Source of the DNA: Octopus sinensis
Taxonomy: Eukaryota
NCBI RefSeq assembly: GCF_006345805.1
Contig: NC_043019.1
Location: 15,747,360 to 15,811,359, forward strand
Length of the DNA stretch: 64,000 bases
Direction of reading: 5' to 3'
Below are positions 57,501 to 64,000 of the stretch, piece by piece. Every line of letters starts with the position of its first letter. The stretch's first letter is position 1. Made by a program: the position numbers and the translations under genes. The notes beneath the pieces are model-generated. The model was given only the letters and a program-made list of their open reading frames with translations, made no database searches and was not told where the DNA came from.

Positions 57501-60464
57501 GCTAAAGACAACTTGGGGTCTTGGAATGAAATCCACTTCCCCCTAATTTTCTCTTGTTCATTTAGCTATGATTCAGTCCACATGTTTTTCTAGAACCAAA
57601 CACCCATGACAGACAAGGATAAATTTATATATATACTAGCAGCATAGCCCGGCGTTTCCCAGGTATGTAAGAGCCCCTAGTAGGCAACGACTAATCCCAA
57701 TCTAGTCCTTTCCCTCTAGGGAACGAAGGCGCATGTGTAGGTTGCAATGTCTTCTCTTCACTCGAATACTTCTGTGTATACGATGTTCCTAGCTGTCCCT
57801 AGCTGTTGAGTTGTGTCCCCTAGACAGAAAATGTGTTGCATATAAAAAGCTTAGATTCTTGACCCCATGTTGAATTTATCGATTTTTTTCAGAACTGGGA
57901 GAACTTTTCAAAATTTTCGCTGCGTTAGTTTTGAATTATGACATTGGGCTATGTGTGTGTCAAGTTTCATCAGAATCGGCTGAAAGCCGTGGTCAGAGTG
58001 AGGGTACAACCTGACAGACACACAGACAGACAAACTGCCGTTTATATAGAGAGAGATATAACTATCATTTACCATATTTTACAGGGTATAATTTTGGTAT
58101 AAAAAAAGCTTTTCCTTCCAAATCTCTTACCTAACAAGACAAGCAGAAATAAAACTAGCAGCAGCAACAAAGACAGTAATGGAATACTTACCAGTGGTGT
58201 TAGGTGGTACTGCCACAGATGCTGTTGGGTCAGGACTGGATGTTATATCGATTATAATGACTTTAGTGCTTGAGCCTTTCCCTGCAGTAGTGTTGGCCCA
58301 CATCTTCATGTAATAAATTTTGCTCAGTAGTTTTTCTAAAGTCAATGATGTCATCGAACCTAATTAACAAAAAAAAGCAGGCACAGATATAATAAACCAC
58401 AGTCAACTTGGCATTATTACTATCCCACCCCATCGCTCAAATTTCAGGCCTCATTCTCATATTGGAAAGAATCATTATAATTATATAACTATTATTACAA
58501 ATTCAGTGGGCAGGTAGAATTAGAACATTGAAAGATTTAATAAAAAAAATTTAAAAAAACTATTACCACCGCCACCACAACCATCAAGGTGAAGGCAGCA
58601 AGCTGTTAGAATTGTTGGCATGCTGGGTAAAATGCCAAACAGCATTTCATGCACCTCTATATTCAGAGTTCAAATTCTGCTGAGGTTGATTTTGCCTTTT
58701 ATTCTTTCAAGATAGATAAAATAAGCACCAACTGAGCACTGGAGTGGATGTCATGGACTTACCCACTTCCCCAAAATTGCTGGCCTTGTGTCAAAATTTG
58801 AAACCATCATTATTATTATTATTATCATGACTACTACCACCAAGGTGAAAGCAGTAAGCTATCAGAATTGTTAGTGTGTTGGATAAAATGCTCAGCAGCT
58901 TTTCTCTGACTCTTTACACTCTTGAGTTCAAATCCTGCTGAGGTCAACATTGCCCCTCGTCCTTCTGAATTTGATAAAATAAAGTATAAGTACTGGGGCT
59001 TAGTAAGTGACTTGCCCTTAATCACTAAAACTGCTGGCCTTGTGCCAAAATCTGAAATAATTATTAAGGTAGATAGCTGGAAAAATTGCTAGAATGTCAG
59101 AAAAAAAATGCTCGGCAGTATTTGTTGTGGCTCTTTACATTCAGAGTTCAAATCCTGCAAAGATCAACTTAGCCTTTCATCCCTTCAGGGCTTATAAGAT
59201 AAAGTACTAAACCCTCCCCTCAAAATTACTAGCCTTGTGTCCAAATCATTAATTGTAGAGCTGTGATGGCAGAACTGTTAGATAAAAATATTTTGTAATA
59301 TTTCTTCCAGTTAAAGCAGCAAGTTGGCAGAATTGTTAGAATGTAAAGATGGATGAAATGCTGCTAAGCATTTTGCGTGGCTTGCCGAGTTCAACTTTGC
59401 TTTTCATCCTTTTGAGGTTGAGAACTGGGGTCAATGTACTGAATAACCCCCAACTTTTGAAATACACAAAAATAATATTATACTCACTCCCCTCTCATGA
59501 GTCAAAACACACTGAATAAATAAGCATTACATTAATATTATGAAGGGAGCGTATCTGAAATGAGTTAATTTGAGAAGGGAGTAGAGTGGACAATGTGATC
59601 ACAGAGTACCCAAAATATAAGTTCTCCAGGACTGGACCTGCTGCAAGGTTCTCAGACATCAGATGGACCTGTGCAGTTGGCAAGCAGTATCCAAGAAATC
59701 AGAAAAGGCCACTTGGAAGGTCTCCTTGATGATGGAAAGATGATTTAGTCAAGCAATTTGGGCCAAGATTGAAAAGGATAGCACAATCAAGACAGAATAG
59801 GAAGTGTATTGTGACCAGCATCTGACTGTCTGGTCAACAGCATAATACATTCGACAGAGTAATCATCATCACTTAACATCCTTGTTCCATGTTGGCATGA
59901 GTTGGCCAGTTTAACATGATCTGATGGGTCCAAAGACAGCAAAGTGCCCAAGTATATACTTTGATACTTTGGTATGGTTTCTCTACAGCTAGATGCCCTT
60001 CTAACACCAACCATTTTACTGTGTCTGCTGGGTGCTTTTTTGTGAGCACACAGCACTAGAGAGGTTGCCATACAGTTTACATGAGGAGGGGGGCATCTCT
60101 TTTGCTACATGGGGGACAAGGTATGATAGGAGGGGGTTGGGATAACACAGGTTCTTAGGAACCACATGGCTACTTGCATTTAGGAGAGGGAATGTGAATG
60201 CTAAGGGGTTAATGTAAGAATTATCAATGAAGTGGAGGCAGGGGAGGAGAAGAAGGAGAAAGGGTGCAATCACAATGTACTCTAAAGAATACTCACCATT
60301 CTGAACAACTTGAACCCATGATGAGATCGGAGATTGTTTATCGATGCTGTACAAAATTGTGTACGTCAGTACAACACCGTTGGACTTGATGGGCGGTGCC
60401 CACTCCACCTTCACTTTACCTGCCCCCACCGGCAGCCAGTTGACTTTGGTTGGCATTGAAGGAA
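47580..60464 (-). CDS. PRTG: Protogenin-like (DCC/neogenin/IGDCC family) receptor, 3' portion: last FN3 domain, TM helix, cytoplasmic tail (exons 60464-60297, 58359-58192, 56830-56728, 56248-56098, 53683-53429, 48533-47580)
   Basis: Six exons join in frame with AG/GT boundaries and matching phases. FN3: VEWAPPIKSNGVVLTYTILYS...WVQVVQNGSMTSLTLEKL...YYMKMWANTTAGKG. TM: AGIIIGAVLVICILITIFIGCF. Cytoplasmic ESRTPML...SDAKGGGHLM and LTGDSG resemble recalled vertebrate protogenin motifs (ESLMPM..IDAKGGTDL, ETGDSG). No DCC P1-P3 motifs recognised. Confidence 0.72.
48902..49239 (-). mobile_element. tRNA-derived SINE family D (degenerate relatives at about 110-240, 22000-22130, 22480-22730, 30500-30750, 62160-62380)
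   Basis: Minus strand GTGAAGGCGCATGGCTCAGTGGTTAGAGC (A box)...GAGTTCAAATCC (B box)...GTGTTGTGTTCTTGAGCAAGAC...GTTGCTCCAGTTCACTCA. Confidence 0.8.
49438..50509 (-). mobile_element. Helitron-like non-autonomous element (degenerate)
   Basis: Plus strand starts A|CTAGCAGC like 57636 and ends ...GCCGTTTGGCTGTG...CGCCCATGTCCAATTTAT...AAAGA|T. Boundaries uncertain. Confidence 0.4.
53429..53683 (-). CDS. Protogenin-like cytoplasmic exon (255 nt)
   Basis: tattttgtag acceptor, GTAAAT donor, phase 0-0; GGGHLMFTSSGTPINGYRVSSGLNGHIPNGHTTSFIATCLDKGLTGDSGCVSVDSGVGGG...EESQ. Confidence 0.82.
56098..56248 (-). CDS. Protogenin-like juxtamembrane exon (151 nt)
   Basis: ctctcatag acceptor, GTAAGC donor; WCKRQNLALDSHIRSNGHGPNHTNLTGMHELESRTPMLIRLSENENSDAK. 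Confidence 0.85.
56335..56560. mobile_element. hAT (Charlie-like) MITE, 226 bp
   Basis: TIRs TAGTGGTTCTCAA / TTGAGAACCAATG; 8-bp flanks AATTAAAC (56327-56334) and TATTAAAC (56561-56568), 7/8 identical. Confidence 0.72.
56728..56830 (-). CDS. Protogenin-like transmembrane exon (103 nt)
   Basis: Pyrimidine-rich tract plus TAG acceptor, GTAAGA donor; (A)SSHGFTTSHAGIIIGAVLVICILITIFIGCFQH(R), about 22 hydrophobic residues. Confidence 0.85.
57636..58056 (-). mobile_element. Helitron-like non-autonomous element
   Basis: On the minus strand: A|TC 5' end, CTAG|T 3' end, imperfect GC-rich hairpin (plus CCCGGCGTTTCCCAGG) about 8 nt from CTAG, no TSD, ACAG microsatellite near the 5' end. Confidence 0.6.
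58192..58359 (-). CDS. Protogenin-like exon, C-half of FN3 plus stalk (168 nt)
   Basis: ttaattag acceptor, GTAAGT donor; (G)SMTSLTLEKLLSKIYYMKMWANTTAGKGSSTKVIIIDITSSPDPTASVAVPPNTT. Confidence 0.85.
59590..59815 (+). mobile_element. RTE-clade LINE ORF 3' end remnant
   Basis: ARFSDIRWTCAVGKQYPRNQKRPLGRSP**WKDDLVKQFGPRLKRIAQSR fits the RTE C-terminal pattern AR..D.RWT..V..W.PR..KRP.GRP..RW.D......W.R.AQDR. Confidence 0.7.
60297..60464 (-). CDS. Protogenin-like exon, N-half of last FN3 (168 nt)
   Basis: ttcag acceptor, GTGAGT donor; (V)PSMPTKVNWLPVGAGKVKVEWAPPIKSNGVVLTYTILYSIDKQSPISSWVQVVQN. Confidence 0.88.
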
Positions 60465-60839
60465 CTGAAATGGTAAGATTTTGAGATTCCAGAATAAATA
60501 GGTGAAAATCAAATAAATACAAACACATTTGTAGATGAAATGGTAAGAACAAAACAATTTAAAGAAACTCAAGTGTATTTTGGGATTGGTTAGTGGAGAA
60601 GCAGGTGAAAAACTTAGAAAAAAAATTTGAGCTAAATGAGAAAAAATATATAAATGTATAACAGTGGAATATGGAGGTGCGGTGATAAGAGGATCAAATC
60701 TTTTAGAGGCATTTGCTGAAAGTTAAGAAAAATGATTTGTTAGTAGTAATAAATAACAGAGATAATCCAGCTGGAATACAAATCTGAAAGTCTGTTATTG
60801 AGGATGACAAAGATGATTGTGGCAGAAGAGGTGGTGGTG

Positions 60840-60884
<45 letters not shown>

Positions 60885-61739
60885 GAAAGAGAGATATGGT
60901 TGAGTTAATGATTCAAAGTAGAACATGCAACATAGAAAGGAATGAAATTCAAAAAATGAAAGTGAAAAAAAAGCAACCCTGTGTAAATAAATTTGTGGTA
61001 GAAACTTTATTCACACTAAAAAAATATTACAAAAACGTCAACTGAAATTATCATACCGATGAGGTTTCCACATTTTTTAAAGTCACTTTAGTTGTTGTTT
61101 AACCCCAGGTCAATCCTGGTCTTGTAGATCTATGATTCAAAAGATACTCTATATGTGACCATATTTTTTTTTAATGGGACACAAGATTGCATCATCCACT
61201 GTCTTGTTTCCTTCTTTTTGGAGACAAATAGTACAGTGTGATAATTAAGGAGATTTAGCTGTTATTTCTAACATGTAATGTTCTAACCCCTATAGAGACT
61301 TCCTTGTAATTTAGGAAATAAAACTATTTTCTGGTGATTAACCTAGGAATAATTTCACTCTTCAAAAAATACAATAAATAAACTGATGGCAGCGGGAAGG
61401 GGGGGGGGAGCAAAATTCCAAAAGCTTTTAGGGTTTAGGATGGGAAGGAGGGAGGGAATTAAGGATTTTTTTTGTTTTGCTTTAGTTTAAGCAATTGGTT
61501 AACAACTAACAGATATTGCCAAAGTAACAATCCACTCATTAACCCAATGTTAGTTCCAAATATCAAATGAACATATTAATTAATCAAAATCTGTGAAAAT
61601 CTCAATTCAAAATAAAAAAGCCAATTTTTTAAATTTAATTTTATCATCTCAAATATTCCATAATTTTTTCTTTGTGTATATACATACACATACATATAGT
61701 GTCATGGTATTCATATGTTGTGCATATAATTGTTATTTA

Positions 61740-61777
<38 letters not shown>

Positions 61778-62111
61778 CACATGGAACATTCCAAACCATT
61801 CCTGCCCACTTCCCCACCATCAACCCTCCCTCCCACTCCTGCACACGTTAGAGTGTGGCATGCTTAGTGTACAAGAGTGCTGTAAATATCAACACGTAAT
61901 AACCCGAGTTAAGAAATTTATAAAGAATTTGGTGAGAGGTGGGGTGGGTGAGAACAGGGAGCTATAAATATAAATAAAAACCCAGAAAAACAAAAACACA
62001 CAAAATAAAACTTTCCAGAAACCAAAATAAAAATAAAAGTTTTAAGAATGAATAATTTGGTTCAAAAATTGAGGAAGAGAACGTGTGTGTGTATGTGCAT
62101 AGATATACCCC

Positions 62112-62147
<36 letters not shown>

Positions 62148-63007
62148 GTGAAGATGCATGGTTAGGGTGTTGCATTGTGTTCTAGAGCAAAGCAATTCCT
62201 TTCACGTTCCTCTGCGATCATTTCATCATCTGACATGTGGCCCATGGTGCACCTGTACAGGTAATGACAATTTGATGGCAAGAGTGAGCTTATGTGAACA
62301 CAAACATTTCATCACTACAAACAAATCACGTGAGGTTGTTTGGCAAGAAATAACCAAACCTTCATATGTCATCTAACAATGGAAGAGTCCATGATATGCA
62401 AGGGTATAGCTATATAGAAGCATGTATGTATGTAATAATTAGCTTGAACTGGTCTGTAGTTGTATGAGTGTGTGTGTGTGTGCATGTGTACTTTCTGTTC
62501 CATACAGGTAAAGTCAGGTGACTAGGCCATAATCCTCAGCTCTCAGTAACAAAGTGTGGTGGCTGTCACCCCTTGTCTAAACTAAAAGACAAGATTAACT
62601 TGCTGGGCTCATAGAAATCTTACATTTTATACATTTTCTTAACAATGAGCCAAACTATCTGTTTTGAGGCCTCTGAAAAATTAGATAACTGATTGTGCTA
62701 GTAACTACATAATAAATATTAGTCTTTCCTCCTCACTTTTATTGCCTTTCTCTCATGGTCCATTATCATCTTTTGTCTACAAACACTCATCCTCTCTCCC
62801 ACTTCATTGCTGTCTGCCAACAATAAGAATAACAATCGGAGATAGGACAAGTCACTTCCCTTTGAAAGTGTAACATCTAAAGACATTGTGATTATCAATA
62901 TTACAATAATGTTTCAAATTAAGGCATATGGGAAAGAGAGGGGCTAGTTGATTAAATTGACCCCAGCAATTGACAGGTACTTTATAATAATTTATAATTA
63001 TCATCTG

Positions 63008-63238
63008 TATTTCCAAAAACACTAACTGACCCCACTTCTAAAAATAAGATCCCTATTTTCAAAACACTAGCTGATGCTATTTTGAAAAATATCAGTTATC
63101 CCCATTTCCAAAATGCTTGTTGACCTGACCCAATTTCTGAAAAAGATATTTATCCCTATTTCCAAATCGCTAGCTGACCATTTTCTGTTTCTAAAATGCT
63201 GTTTGACTCAACTGCCAAAATATTGACCCAATTTCTAC
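63008..63238. repeat. Degenerate minisatellite, four units of about 46-54 bp
   Basis: Units begin TATTTCCAAA at 63008, 63054, 63103, 63157, carry CTAGCTGA(CC)-like cores and end ATCCC. Confidence 0.6.
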
Positions 63239-64000
63239 ATAAGAGGAAGTGCTAGTTGATCCAAGCTGCTGCTATAAATTTATCCAAGGGGGCAGGAAAA
63301 AAAAAAGACAATATCAAGCCATGCCACTGCCCTTTACATGTTTATCAAGCCCTAGTGTCAATACACTTTTTGGGGAAATTAGGGATAAGCTTCCTGATCT
63401 TTCGACAGTATTTCTTCAACAACATGCAGTAGTGACCACATTGGCTTCCATCATCATCATCATCATCGTCATCATCACCACCATCTTTAGTCCGAGCTGC
63501 AATAGAAATAGAAGGATGATTTATAAATATGGAATAAGTGGAGTAAGGATAATGAATAAAGAGTGAGGATAATGAATGTTGAGTGGGGATAGGGAATGGC
63601 AAGGGTGGATAGTGAATAATCAATCACTACTTATTGAAAGGATTGTTAAGAGTTTAGAAATTTTTTAGTGACCAAAAGGGAGGGGCTCATTCTATGGGCC
63701 CTTCCAAGCCAAGTCCATTTTCCATGCTGGCATGGGTTGGACAATTTGACAAGATCTGACAAGCCACAGAGGTGCATTGAGCTCCAATGTTAGCTTTGAC
63801 ATGGTTTGTATGGCTGGATGCTCTTCTTAATACCAACCATTAAACGGTGTGTACAGAATACTTTTTTATGTTGAGATACACAGCCTTAGTTTCAAATCAT
63901 CATCATCATCATCATCATCGTTTAACGTCCGTTCTCCATGCTAGCATGGGTTGGACGGTTCGACCAGGGTTCTGGGAAGCCAGAAGGCTGCACCAGGCTC

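Noticed and set aside
58586-59440. CRISPR-like or regularly spaced repeat array
   Set aside because: The units are diverged 200-250 bp SINE copies in a eukaryotic intron, with no short identical repeats and unique spacers and no cas genes.
47580-60464. Calling the minus-strand gene DCC/neogenin/frazzled
   Set aside because: The FN3 is compatible, but I recognise no P1/P2/P3 cytoplasmic motifs, while DAKGG and TGDSG point to protogenin. A phylogeny is needed to be certain.

Overview
AT-rich, microsatellite-dense animal genomic DNA. The SINE/MITE families match my recollection of octopus (coleoid cephalopod) repeats, so the taxon is an inference. Two multi-exon genes converge tail-to-tail, and both have their 5' exons outside what I could identify here. 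On +, the last seven coding exons of WDR13 (5548-23473) include one intron with clear U12 (minor spliceosome) signals. On -, the last six coding exons of a protogenin-like FN3/transmembrane receptor (60464 to 47580) encode a very long low-complexity cytoplasmic tail. The rest holds tRNA-derived SINEs of about four families, a decayed near-full-length mariner, CR1 and RTE LINE remnants, hAT/Tigger/piggyBac-like MITEs, Helitron-like elements, several long fold-back elements and a 6.4-kb purine/pyrimidine-alternating satellite with hierarchical duplications. That satellite produces all the giant His/Thr and Cys/Val ORFs as artefacts. No tRNA, rRNA or CRISPR array was found. I cannot claim a new biological system. 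The best leads are the minor intron, the satellite, the fold-back hairpins and the receptor tail.
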